Source: an uncultured bacterium
GTDB taxonomy: Bacteria; Acidobacteriota; Thermoanaerobaculia; Multivoradales; JAHZIX01
NCBI GenBank assembly: GCA_965368975.1
Contig: CBDUPA010000007.1
Coordinates: forward strand, 192,001-256,000
Direction of reading: 5' to 3'
Length of the DNA stretch: 64,000 bases
This document shows, one piece after another, positions 30,501 through 39,525 of the stretch (position 1 is its first letter; each line of letters starts with the position of its first letter). The notes under the pieces are model-generated. The model saw only the letters and a list, made by a program, of their open reading frames with translations, did not search any database and was not told where the DNA came from. Position numbers and translations under genes: made by a program.

Positions 30501-30629
30501 ATCTGGTCCCACGGGTTCCCAGCTCTGCGCCATGAGCGGGACCGATCCGACGCTCAGGCAGAGTCCGAGCATCAGCAAGCCGGTGAGTCGACGCAGACTG
30601 CGTTCTGACCTGTCTGGTCTGTTGTGCAT
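27549..30629 (-). CDS. Secreted BNR/Asp-box repeat beta-propeller protein (VPS10/Ycf48-like)
   Basis: Signal peptide and many S-x-D-(G/A)-G-x-(T/S)-W repeats in two blocks joined by a Thr-rich linker. Confidence 0.85.
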   Translation of the reverse strand: MHNRPDRSERSLRRLTGLLMLGLCLSVGSVPLMAQSWEPVGPDLEQLDVSARRLYFHPHGDHGRFFVLGKALLQLDDGGRTWQRMKVPPDQDPSFDLPSFSQTLAIDPLDPARFLWILNDRLLKTENQGRTWNQFRIYGINTFLEAHFNPRDPSVAYVVGYTTEDVDRFLSGYRSLDGGETWKRWSPIGTLQYLFLSFAPHNPNRLYIGGGGLYRSSNGGENWQTLLPFDFNGLRYNVADLAFGGPDDQTLYVVANSKLLKSSDGGATFETPAGAVGLSLDLVEGDPRDDRVLFVRTMADEILRSIDGGTSFQPLQTGLPTGVEVRDLKLEPRFGNDLYVLTPQQLYRWPLEATSPPRTCRGCPSPPFATAARTPTTTTRSQTTSVTTPASSPAAQLVPRTTDWTPLGPQGGPIANLAVCPSHNETVYAAAQHHVFVSRDSAQSWQLGGVLPTGQILELNCDADDADRIYVDGGQDGLWRSDDAGLAWRLLTSGLGDPPAGTEVDVSDRFPLPQRLAVHPHLGGTLYLAAGNVYRSLDAGDTWTQVYEGEPPFCQLSLPTDGSTVLARPCALDQPVADRQFGLWRSDDGGNSWQQLRSDPLGPRLFTDPVDAERIAATGYLKPLLESFDGQRWYPRGQGLPAQRLRALAVHPLEPHVRLAAAADQLLRSENDGVSYTRVDDPDLDARELHAVRYAPGLTAEGSGPRAYLATNTGVLRTRGGGVLWTPMDAGLQAWPVEELTPHPSVAGHLLLVAGGRGWRSLDGGNNWQRLNEPSAGNTLSLAAAPSDPQVLYAGGPLNIWRSDNGGATWLEPTNFQAFLPLSLAVDATDPMSVYVAGQDIFDYDFPSSSLFKSTDGGTTWTSVSASHQPPAFYRVAVDPSDPTRLYAAGPGLFRSAPGKWEPIAGTEFRGPTTFDFAFDPSQPGTLYAATLEDGVLRAGSTGVATATGNQGLPPGPVRSITVANDGTIYAGMDTGIYQSTDGGDSWQPLPAGAHGALSRGITQLVTDGTGRLYAGTADHGVHSLH

Positions 30630-30905
30630 GGGGGCTCCTCTCTCGGGGAGTGTTCACTCTTGGTATAGCACGCCGTTCTCAGGGGTACTGATGAAGATCA
30701 GCCCTGCGCTTGTGGAATGTTGCGAGAAGAACCTCGCGAGGTTCGGGCATGCGGGGGTTCCTCTTCGTAGGATAGGGAGGGCGTCGGCTCTCTTATGCTT
30801 TTTTAGCATTAGATGATCCGATCCACAAGCCTCAAAGAGGCTCCGGTCACTCGCACTGACGGTCTACGAGGCACTACAGCCGAGCTACTGTCGGAAGGGC
30901 TATCG

Positions 30906-32663
30906 TTACGGGATGACCAGCACCTGACGCGGATAGATCGTGTTCGATGTCAGGTTGTTGGCGCGTTTGAGGGCACCGATACTGATGCCGTAGCGGCGGG
31001 CGATCTTGCTCAGGTTGTCACCGCGACGCACCGTGTGGCGCTGCGCCTCGGTGCTGCTGGCGACCGTGGTGCTGGCAGCGCTGGAGGCACGCCAGTTGGC
31101 GCCTGGCGGAATCAGCAGTACCTGGCCGATCGAGATGCGGTGCACGCTGCGCAGGCGATTGGCGCGCTGCAGGGCGGCGGTCGTGGTGCCGAAGCGCCGC
31201 GCGATCTTGCCCAGGGTATCGCCGCTGCGGACCTTGTAGCGGAAGCCCAGTTGACGGTGCATCTTGCGTTCGTCCGGCAGGGCCGCGTAGGCGGCATGGA
31301 AGGTGTCGCCGGTGCCTGGCGGTACACGCAGCGAATAGTCCTTGGGCAGCAATAGGTTGCCGGACCACACTTCCCGGTTGAGGCCCGGGTTGAGCAGCTT
31401 CAGGGTCGACACGGAGATGCCGGCTTGGTTCGCCAGATCCTGTACCGCGATGTAGTGCTGGGTACGGAAGTCGTCGAACGTCATCAGTGGATCGGGCTGG
31501 ACGTCCGGGAAGTAGTGGTGGCGGTTCAGGTAGACCAGTGCCGCGGCCATGAATTCGGCATAGAAGTTGCGCGACGCGAAGCCAAAGCTGCGCGAGCGGT
31601 AGCGCTCGACGATGACGCCGAGATCGTCGGTGCCGAGGCTGCGCTTGGCGCGCGCCATGCCGTAGCGACCGTGGTTGTAGGCGGTGATCGCCAGGGGCCA
31701 GCTTCCCAGGTGCTGGTAGTTTTCGGCCAGGAGCCGTGCGGCCGCCTCGCTGGCGCGGATCGGGTCGTAGCGTTCGTCTTTCTCGAGATCGATGGCGAGG
31801 AAGCGGCGGCCCGTAGAGGGCATGAACTGCCACATTCCGGCGGCAGCGACGGCGGAGCGAGCGGTTTCCTGGAACATCGACTCGACGAACGGTATGCGCG
31901 TCAGTTCGGTGGGCAAGCCTTGATCGCGGAAGGCGGCCTCGAACCAGGGCAGGTAGCGTCCGCTGCGTTGCAGTGCGCCTGCGAAGACGTCACTCAGTCC
32001 GCTCTGGCTGCGCAGGCGCAACGCCGCGTCGCGGTACTTGCCGCGGTCGCCGGGCAAGTGCGCGAGCAAACGGCGCAGCTCTTGCGCTTGCGCCGTGTCA
32101 GTCGGCGTCTTGCCGGCGGCCAGTTCGCGCAACGTGAGGCTCAGTTCTTGCTTGGCGTCGCGGATGGTCTGCTGTCGGCGTGTGCGCCGGGCGCGGTCGT
32201 TGAGGTTCTCCAGGCTGCTGAAGTCGAGGACGGTATAGATGACATCGAGATGGACCTCGTCGTGGACCACCACGTGCGCGCTGGAGTGCTGGCTGAAGAT
32301 GTCGACCCAGAAGGCGACATGCGGCCGCAGGCTGAAGGGCACCGGGAACAGCTCCGGGTCCAGGACCTGCAGCTGGAGAGGGGGCGCCTGCCCCTCGGCC
32401 TCGGCCTCGGTAGTGCCGATGAGCGATGCGCGTCGTATCGGTGGCGCTGGGTCCACCGCGGGATCGTTGCCCAGTTCGGCGACCTCCCCCGTCGGTGCTG
32501 CCAGAGCGCCGGGTTCAAGGGCACTCGTTTCCAGGCTGCTGGGCAAGGTCGAGAGTTCCTGCAGCGTGCGTACGTCGACGCTGGCGCCGTGACATCGCGT
32601 GGCCAGCGGTCCCAGGAGGAGGGTGAGAGCGGCGGACGATGCGAGGATCCAGCGAAAAGTCAC
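30906..32663 (-). CDS. Lytic murein transglycosylase (MltD-like) with LysM domains
   Basis: VESMF catalytic Glu, AAGMWQFMPSTG, AITAYNHG, C-terminal LysM repeats (YKVRSGDTLGKIA, HTVRRGDNLSKIA). Confidence 0.9.
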   Translation of the reverse strand: MTFRWILASSAALTLLLGPLATRCHGASVDVRTLQELSTLPSSLETSALEPGALAAPTGEVAELGNDPAVDPAPPIRRASLIGTTEAEAEGQAPPLQLQVLDPELFPVPFSLRPHVAFWVDIFSQHSSAHVVVHDEVHLDVIYTVLDFSSLENLNDRARRTRRQQTIRDAKQELSLTLRELAAGKTPTDTAQAQELRRLLAHLPGDRGKYRDAALRLRSQSGLSDVFAGALQRSGRYLPWFEAAFRDQGLPTELTRIPFVESMFQETARSAVAAAGMWQFMPSTGRRFLAIDLEKDERYDPIRASEAAARLLAENYQHLGSWPLAITAYNHGRYGMARAKRSLGTDDLGVIVERYRSRSFGFASRNFYAEFMAAALVYLNRHHYFPDVQPDPLMTFDDFRTQHYIAVQDLANQAGISVSTLKLLNPGLNREVWSGNLLLPKDYSLRVPPGTGDTFHAAYAALPDERKMHRQLGFRYKVRSGDTLGKIARRFGTTTAALQRANRLRSVHRISIGQVLLIPPGANWRASSAASTTVASSTEAQRHTVRRGDNLSKIARRYGISIGALKRANNLTSNTIYPRQVLVIP

Positions 32664-32806
32664 GGGCGTCTCTCCTTGCCGTGCGGTCAGTTTCAGGGAG
32701 CGTGATTATGTCATAAAAGCCTAGTTGAAGTGTGGCCTTCTCTCTATACGACCCGCGAGGGTGGCGAGTTATTCCGCGTTGGAGTTCTCGTCCCGTGCCG
32801 CCCGTC

Positions 32807-34678
32807 TCAAGCCATCCTCAGCCCGCCGCCCTTGCGGCCGCCGGCAGGAACCGGCTCCTTTTTCTTGGCTGGCGTAAAGTCCTCCCCGGGATTGACGTAG
32901 CGATTGCGCTCCAGGCGGAACTGCTTGTCGTGCAGCTGTTTGTAGCGTCCGTTGGCGTCGAGCAGTTCCTGGTGACTCCCACGTTCGACGATCTCGCCGT
33001 CGTCGAGCACCAGGATCTGGTCGGCGTTGTAGATGGTCGACAGCCGATGCGCGATGACGAAGGTCGTGCGTCCCTGGCGCAGGGTGTCGAGGCCATCCTG
33101 GATCTTCTCTTCGCTCTCGCTGTCGAGGCTGGAGGTGGCTTCGTCGAGGATCAGGATCTTCGGGTCGGCGAGGATCGCGCGCGCGATCGACAGCCGCTGC
33201 CGCTGGCCACCGGACAGCTTGACACCACGCTCGCCGATCACCGTCTCGTAGCCGTCCTCGAACTCGCTGACGAAGTCGTCGCAGTGGGCGATGCGCGCCG
33301 CTTCCAGCACCTGCTCGCGCGCCGCATTCGGGTTGCCGTAGGCGATGTTCTCGGCGATCGTTCCGTCGAACAGGAAGCTCTCCTGTAGCACCACGCCGAG
33401 GTGCGAGCGGAAGTCGGCCAGTCGTACCGAGCCAAGATCCAGGCCGTCGACCAAGATGCAGCCGCTCTTGGGCCGGTTGAACGCCATGACCAGGCTGATC
33501 ACCGTGCTCTTGCCCGAGCCGCTGGGTCCCACCAGTGCGGTGGTCGAGCCGGCCGGCGCGTTGAAGCTGACACCGCGCAGTACCGGCTTGTCCTCGACGT
33601 ACTCGAAGCCGACATCCTCGAAGGTGATGTCGCCCTGGACTCCGCGCAGTCGCGCGCGCTCGGCTTCTCCATCCATTTCGGTGGGCTCTTCGAGCACCTC
33701 CTGGATGCGGTCGAGGCCGGCGAAGGCTTGCGTGATCTCGGTGCCAATGGCGCTGATCTGGACCATCGGTGTCACCAGCATCATGGTGAAGGCGCCGTAC
33801 ATGAAGAGGTCACCGACCGTCATCACGCCAGCCATCACCTCACGCGCGCCGAACACCAGGATCAGCGTCGCGGTGATGCCAAACAGGATCGCCGACACCG
33901 CATTGACCCCCGACACCGCGACGATCGACTTGATGATATTGCGCAGCAGCCGGTGCGCGCCCTTGGCGAAGACAATCTCCTCGCGCTTTTCAGCCTGGTA
34001 GGCCTTGACCACCCGGATGCCGCCTAGCGCTTCGGTCAAGCGTCCGGTGACCTGCGCGTTCAGCTCGTTGCGCTCGCGGAACAGCGGTCGTAGTTTCTTG
34101 AACGCCACGGTCATCATGCCGGCGAACAAACCGAGGGTGACGAGGGTCAGCGAGGTGAGCCGCCAGTTGATCCAGAACAGCACGGAGAGCGCCACCGCGG
34201 CGGTGAAGAAGCCGCCGATCAGCTGCACGAAACCGGTGCCGACCAGGTTGCGGATGCCTTCCGCGTCGCTCATGACGCGGGAGATCATCTCGCCGGTCTT
34301 GTGGTCGTCGAAGTAGCGTACCGGCAATTGTTCGACGTGCCGCTGTACCCGCCGTCGCAAGTCAGTGACGGTGCGCTGCGCCGGAATGCTCAGCAGCATC
34401 GCCAGCCCGAAGCCGCTCAGTGCCTGGACCACCGAGGCGGCGGCGAACAAGCCGGCCATGGGCAGCAGCAACTCGGTCTGCTGCTGCCCGATCACGTTGT
34501 CGATCAGGAACTTCGTCGAGCCGGGCAAGACCATCGAGGCGCCGCGGCTGATGGCCAGCAGCAGCAAACCCAGGAGCATGCGGTAACGTCGGGCCCACAG
34601 CAGGTCGCGTGCCTGTTGCCAGACGAAGGACAGGGAGATCTTCTTTTTCTTCTTCTTGTCGTCAGAGTTCTCAGCCAT
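32807..34678 (-). CDS. ABC exporter, fused permease/ATPase (MsbA-like)
   Basis: TM domain plus GPSGSGKS, LSGGQRQR, ILDEATSSLD and IAHRLST. Confidence 0.93.
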   Translation of the reverse strand: MAENSDDKKKKKKISLSFVWQQARDLLWARRYRMLLGLLLLAISRGASMVLPGSTKFLIDNVIGQQQTELLLPMAGLFAAASVVQALSGFGLAMLLSIPAQRTVTDLRRRVQRHVEQLPVRYFDDHKTGEMISRVMSDAEGIRNLVGTGFVQLIGGFFTAAVALSVLFWINWRLTSLTLVTLGLFAGMMTVAFKKLRPLFRERNELNAQVTGRLTEALGGIRVVKAYQAEKREEIVFAKGAHRLLRNIIKSIVAVSGVNAVSAILFGITATLILVFGAREVMAGVMTVGDLFMYGAFTMMLVTPMVQISAIGTEITQAFAGLDRIQEVLEEPTEMDGEAERARLRGVQGDITFEDVGFEYVEDKPVLRGVSFNAPAGSTTALVGPSGSGKSTVISLVMAFNRPKSGCILVDGLDLGSVRLADFRSHLGVVLQESFLFDGTIAENIAYGNPNAAREQVLEAARIAHCDDFVSEFEDGYETVIGERGVKLSGGQRQRLSIARAILADPKILILDEATSSLDSESEEKIQDGLDTLRQGRTTFVIAHRLSTIYNADQILVLDDGEIVERGSHQELLDANGRYKQLHDKQFRLERNRYVNPGEDFTPAKKKEPVPAGGRKGGGLRMA

Positions 34679-34693
34679 GACGCGGAGCATCCC

Positions 34694-35560
34694 ATGCCAA
34701 AGCGAATCTGTCCATGTCCTCCACGAACGATCCTCGGTGGCCTGCTACCGTTGGCGCTGCTGGCCTGCCTGGCTTTGCAAGCATGCGGCAACTCAGCTCC
34801 CCGGCCCACCGCGCCGCCGGTTTCCGACTCCGGCGAGCGCGCCCGGACTCCCGACCTGGCTGCCGCTTGGCTCGAAGCCGCCATTTTCGAAGCCACCAAC
34901 GCGCAACGCCAGCGCCACGACCGAGACCGCCTGCAGTCGGAGGACCGCCTGGCCGACATCGCTCGCGGTCACAGCGAAGCCATGCTCCGGCGCGGCTTCT
35001 TCGACCACGTCGACCCGGATGGCCTGCATCCCGCCGACCGGGTCGCGCACCACCACCGGACGCTGGTGGGGACCAGCGGCGAGAATCTGTGGACCGGCAC
35101 CGGCTTCGAGATCCGCAGCCGTCAAGACGCCGAAGAGATGGCCGAGCGTATCGTCGACGGCTGGATGAACAGCCGCGGCCACCGCGAGAACATCCTGCGC
35201 CCCGAGTTCGACTACCTGGGTGTCGGCGTGGTGGTAGAGGACCGCGAGCTACGTGCGACGCAAGTGTTTGCGCACGTCGTGGCACGGCTCGACGCACCCC
35301 TGCCGGAACACCTGCGCGTCGGCGCCACGCTGCGCATCCGAGCGACGGCGGCCAGGGGTGTCGAGGAGCCGGAGCTGTGGGATCTGGCACCGGCTGGCGG
35401 TGGTGAGCCGCTCGGGCCGTGGGGTCTGGGGGAGAGAGTCGAGCTCGACGAGCTGGCGGACGGCGAGCGGTACCAGCTGCGGCTCTACCTGCTCGAAGGC
35501 GTCGAGCGGCAGCGGCGCAAGTACGAAGTGTTCTCTGGGCCCGAGGTGGTGGTGCGGTAG
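34694..35560 (+). CDS. CAP/SCP-domain lipoprotein
   Basis: Lipobox-like LQAC; HSEAM...FFDH, GENL and GWMNSRGHRENIL motifs; start uncertain. Confidence 0.85.
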   Translation: MPKRICPCPPRTILGGLLPLALLACLALQACGNSAPRPTAPPVSDSGERARTPDLAAAWLEAAIFEATNAQRQRHDRDRLQSEDRLADIARGHSEAMLRRGFFDHVDPDGLHPADRVAHHHRTLVGTSGENLWTGTGFEIRSRQDAEEMAERIVDGWMNSRGHRENILRPEFDYLGVGVVVEDRELRATQVFAHVVARLDAPLPEHLRVGATLRIRATAARGVEEPELWDLAPAGGGEPLGPWGLGERVELDELADGERYQLRLYLLEGVERQRRKYEVFSGPEVVVR

Positions 35561-35591
35561 GCGGCGCGGCGACGCCGCCTGGGGCGCAAGA

Positions 35592-37937
35592 TCAATCCGC
35601 CATCAAATGCCGGTCGAAGAACTCCGCTATCCGTTCCAGGAAATGCTTGAAGGCCGGGGCCTGGAAGCCGTGCTTCTGGCGCGGGTAGAAGGCTTGTTCG
35701 AACGGGATTCCCGCCTCGACCAAGGGGTGGGAGAAGGCGATGGAGTTCTGTGGGTGGACGTTGTCGTCGGCGGTGCCGTGGACGAGGAGTAGAGGGTCCT
35801 CGAGCTGGCGCGCGAAGGTGAGCGGCGATGACAGGCGGTAGCCTTCCTTGTTGCTCTCCGGGTGGTCGAGGTAGCGCTCGGTCCAGATGCTGTCGTAGAG
35901 ATACCAGTCGGTCACGGGAGCCCCCGCGACGCCGGCGGCCCAGATGCCGGGGCGGTGGAGCAGGGCGTGCAGGGTGTGGAAGCCGCCGCCGGACCAGCCC
36001 CACAGGCCGATGTGATCGGTGTCGACGTAGCCGAGGGTCTTCAAGTACTCGACGCCGGCGAGGATGGCCTCCAGGTTGTTGGGCCCGAAGCGCCGGTGGA
36101 CGCGGTCGCCACCCTTCTTGCCGAAGAAGTTGGAGACGCGGTTGTCCACTTGCAGCACGACATAGCCGCGCGTTGCCATCCACTTGTGCCACAGGTCGCG
36201 GCGGCGGCCGTCCCAGCGGTCGGTGATCGACTGGGCTTCGGGACCACCGTAGTGGTATTGGATGGCCGGGTATTTCTTGCCGGCTTCGCGCTGCAGCGGT
36301 TCGAGCAGGCGTGCCGGCAGGCCGACGCCATCGGGTCCGGGGACGGTCACGTACCGCCATTGCGGCAGCGTCATGGTGTCGATGCCGGTGCCTGGGGTGA
36401 AGGGCAGTTCGCCGACGCGGTCGCCTTCGGCAGTGTGGAGCACCAGCGGCCGCGGAGTCTCGTCGGCGTTCTGGTAGCCGTGGACCCAATTGCCGTTGCT
36501 CGCCGTCGTAGCGCTGTGCCAGCCGGCCTCGGTGGTCGAGAGTGCCATGGGTTCGACGCTGCCGTCGGCCAAGGAGAGACGCAGCAGGCGACGACCAGCG
36601 GCACCGAAGAAGCCTTCGTGGTAGGCGTTGAACAGGACCGTGGCGCCGCCCTGGCCGCTGGGGATGACGGCGTCGATGCCGGTGATGTGACCGTCGAGGT
36701 CAGTCAGGCGCCGCGGGCCACTGCCGTCGGCTTCGAACAGGTAGAGTTGACGCCAGCCCCAGGTCGCGCGGTCGTCGAGATCGGCGGGCGCTTCCGTCTC
36801 GACTTGGCCGTCGGGGCCACGCAATTCGGAGCTCCACAGGAAGCGACCATCGGCCAGGAACTGGGCCTCGTCACTGGGGTTGACCCAGGTCTTGGCGCTC
36901 TCGGTGAACCAGGTCTTGCACTGTCCGTCGGCAGCGGTGCAGCGGAGCATGTCGAGACGATTCTGGTCGCGGTTCAGGGTCTGTACGGCCAGCTCTTCAC
37001 TGTCGACGGTCCAGGTGACTCGCGCCAGGTAGGTGTCGAGCGGGTCGCCGCTGTCGAGCCAGGCGACGCTCCCGCTGGGCACCTCGACGACGCCCATCTT
37101 GACTAGGGGGTTGTCCTGGCCGGCCTTGGGATAGCGTTGCGCTTCGACCTCCGGGTAGGTCGGCAAGTAGTTGACCAGTGGATAGGTGGGGACGGGACGC
37201 TCGTCGAAGCGATAGAAGACGATGCGTTTGCCGTTAGGGCTCCACCAGTAGCCTGTCGAGTCGCGACCCCACAGCTCTTCCCAGTACAGCCAGTCGGTCT
37301 GGGCGTTGAGGATCTCGTTCGCCTTGCCGTCGTGCGTCAACTGGCGCTCGTCGCCGGCCGCCGGCTTGCCGCGCCGGGATTCGAGTTCGAGCACGTAGAG
37401 GTTCTGGTCGCGCACGAAGGCGACGTGGCGGCCGTCAGGCGCGACGGTCGCGTCTTGCTCGGCGGCTTCGGTTTCGGTGAGACGGACGAGCTTGGTGCTG
37501 TCGGTGAGCGCCAGGTAGAGGTCACCGCCGGCGTGCAGCAATAGGTACGTGCTCTCCGGCCCCCAGCTGAACTCGTCGATCGCCGATAGCGCGCCGTTGC
37601 CGGTCGTTGTATGTCCGGGACGCAGGAGCACGCGGCTCTTGCCCGTGCTGGCGTCCATCAGGTGCAGCGCTTCTCCCGGGCCGTCGTTCCAGGTGTAGGC
37701 CAGCGTCGAGCCATCGGGGCTCCACTGCAGATTGCTGGGCAGTTTGGTGTCGCCCTCGGAGCCAGGGAAGGCACCGAATGGTGACGGTGGGGTGGCCAGG
37801 GCGGCTGGAACCGATACGAGAACCAGGGCGAGAAAGGACAGTGCGACCAGGCTCGACGTCAGTAGAGTCCGTGGCGGCAGGCTCAGAAGACGACGGAGAC
37901 GGTGGACGCGGGGAGAGCTGGGGCGGCAGAAACTCAT
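35592..37937 (-). CDS. Dipeptidyl-peptidase IV family (S9B) peptidase
   Basis: GWSGGG nucleophile, HGTADDNVH and KHGF; DPPIV N-terminal WLYWEE...YPKAG; AAGGAGG RBS before ATG 37937. Confidence 0.92.
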   Translation of the reverse strand: MSFCRPSSPRVHRLRRLLSLPPRTLLTSSLVALSFLALVLVSVPAALATPPSPFGAFPGSEGDTKLPSNLQWSPDGSTLAYTWNDGPGEALHLMDASTGKSRVLLRPGHTTTGNGALSAIDEFSWGPESTYLLLHAGGDLYLALTDSTKLVRLTETEAAEQDATVAPDGRHVAFVRDQNLYVLELESRRGKPAAGDERQLTHDGKANEILNAQTDWLYWEELWGRDSTGYWWSPNGKRIVFYRFDERPVPTYPLVNYLPTYPEVEAQRYPKAGQDNPLVKMGVVEVPSGSVAWLDSGDPLDTYLARVTWTVDSEELAVQTLNRDQNRLDMLRCTAADGQCKTWFTESAKTWVNPSDEAQFLADGRFLWSSELRGPDGQVETEAPADLDDRATWGWRQLYLFEADGSGPRRLTDLDGHITGIDAVIPSGQGGATVLFNAYHEGFFGAAGRRLLRLSLADGSVEPMALSTTEAGWHSATTASNGNWVHGYQNADETPRPLVLHTAEGDRVGELPFTPGTGIDTMTLPQWRYVTVPGPDGVGLPARLLEPLQREAGKKYPAIQYHYGGPEAQSITDRWDGRRRDLWHKWMATRGYVVLQVDNRVSNFFGKKGGDRVHRRFGPNNLEAILAGVEYLKTLGYVDTDHIGLWGWSGGGFHTLHALLHRPGIWAAGVAGAPVTDWYLYDSIWTERYLDHPESNKEGYRLSSPLTFARQLEDPLLLVHGTADDNVHPQNSIAFSHPLVEAGIPFEQAFYPRQKHGFQAPAFKHFLERIAEFFDRHLMAD

Positions 37938-38062
37938 GGAACCTCCTTCGGGGCGTGACGAGCTCGTCAAACGATGAAAGCCGGCCTATCCTACATGCGA
38001 AACATCCGCGCTCTCCAGCGCGTAGGGCCGGCTATGAACGAGACTCGTACGGAGGAAACATC

Positions 38063-39271
38063 ATGAAGTCGCTTCCAGCATTCCATTCACGCTCGGCGCT
38101 GGCCCCTTCCCGCTCGGCGCCGATCCTGGTACTGGCCTTGGCGCTGCTCCTGATCGCGCCGACCGCTTGCATCATCGTCGACGCCGAACCGGTCGAGACG
38201 ACGACGCGCAGCTTTGAGCATTCCTTGCCCCTGGCTGCCGGTGAAACACTGCGTCTGGCGAACCTGGCGGGCAGCGTCGAGTTTGTGGCCGCCGAGGCTG
38301 GCGTCGAGGCGGTGCGCATCGAGGCGACGGTGCACGCGAATGCGCGCGATGAGGCTACGACGCAGCGTCTGCTCGACGACATGGCCTGGGTTGCGAGCGA
38401 GGACCCGAAGGGTCGTGCCGAGTGGGCGCTGGCGTATCCGGTCGAGGACTACGACACCTTCCACTACCAGCGCGAGAGGGGCTTCAGCTGGGGCTGGAAC
38501 TCCAGCACCCGCTACCGTGGCGAACGGGTGACGATCCGCGGCTCCAAGGGGCGTGCCCCGAGTCTGTGGGTCGACCTACGCATTGCACTGCCGGCCCAGG
38601 GCAAGCTGGTCCTGCGCAACCTCAGTGGCCGCGTGCGCGGTGGCAGCTTGCAGGGCAGCCTGGTGGTCGACACTGGCGATGGTGACGTCGAGTTCGACAG
38701 TTTCGACGGCGAGTTGCTGGTCGACACCGGCAGTGGCGAGGTCGAGCTGGGCACAGTGCGGGGGCAGATCACGGTCGATACCGGCAGCGGTGATATCCGC
38801 GTCGACGAGGCGATTGGCAATGTCGATCTCGACACGGGCAGCGGCGACGTGCGCGTCGAGAAGCTCGCGGCTGGACGCTTGGTGGTGGATACGGGGAGCG
38901 GCAGCGTGGTGGTGGCTGACGGCAGCGCCGGAGATTTGGAGATCGACACCGGCAGCGGCGATGTGGTGCTCGACGGCGTCGACGCGGTCAACGCGCTGAT
39001 CGACACCGGCAGTGGCGACGTGCGTGTCGACAGTCCGCTCGAACAGGCGCGCGTGCTGACCATCGACACGGGCAGTGGTGATGTACGCATCCGCGCTGGA
39101 GCCGACGCCAGCTTCGCTCTGAGCGCCAACATGCGGCGGCGCGAGGTCGACATTGGCTACGACGACGTCAGCGTGCAGTCGAGCCGGGGCACGCAAGTGC
39201 TGCGCGGCGATGGCCGCACGCGCATCGAGGTCCGCACCGGCAGCGGTTCCTGCTCGATCCGTCCACGCTAG
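38063..39271 (+). CDS. DUF4097-like beta-strand repeat (adhesin-like) lipoprotein
   Basis: Repeated (V/I)DTGSG(D/E/S)(V/I) units; GGAGG RBS before ATG 38063; hydrophobic leader ending TAC. Confidence 0.8.
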   Translation: MKSLPAFHSRSALAPSRSAPILVLALALLLIAPTACIIVDAEPVETTTRSFEHSLPLAAGETLRLANLAGSVEFVAAEAGVEAVRIEATVHANARDEATTQRLLDDMAWVASEDPKGRAEWALAYPVEDYDTFHYQRERGFSWGWNSSTRYRGERVTIRGSKGRAPSLWVDLRIALPAQGKLVLRNLSGRVRGGSLQGSLVVDTGDGDVEFDSFDGELLVDTGSGEVELGTVRGQITVDTGSGDIRVDEAIGNVDLDTGSGDVRVEKLAAGRLVVDTGSGSVVVADGSAGDLEIDTGSGDVVLDGVDAVNALIDTGSGDVRVDSPLEQARVLTIDTGSGDVRIRAGADASFALSANMRRREVDIGYDDVSVQSSRGTQVLRGDGRTRIEVRTGSGSCSIRPR

Positions 39272-39305
39272 GTCGACGACGTCTTCCCCGCTCCGCCCGT
39301 GCGCG

Positions 39306-39376
39306 GTGTCTGGGGCGTGCGTGTCTGCGGGGCGCGCTGTCTGCGGGGCGTGCGTGTCTGCGGGGTGGGAGTGTCC
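39306..39376. repeat. Intergenic imperfect 15-17 bp tandem repeat (TGTCTGCGGGGCGTGCG-like, about 4 copies)
   Basis: Read directly from the sequence; contains four GGGG tracts. Confidence 0.75.
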
Positions 39377-39525
39377 GCTAGCGTGCAGCGTGCGTCCCGC
39401 GGCCGGACACTCTGCGCGCTCGAGCGGCAGCGCGGGGCCTGAGCGGGCACGGCTTTCAGGCTGGAACAGGGCTTGCAACATGTTGGGCGAGTAGAACCGC
39501 AATCCGGCTCTTCAGGAGAATCGCC

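Noticed and set aside
27549-30629. SxDGGxTW repeats as an unusual array
   Set aside because: These are ordinary BNR/Asp-box propeller repeats, common in this kind of genome.
38660-39250. DTGSG repeats as a novel repeat system
   Set aside because: They match the known DUF4097/adhesin-type beta-strand repeat.
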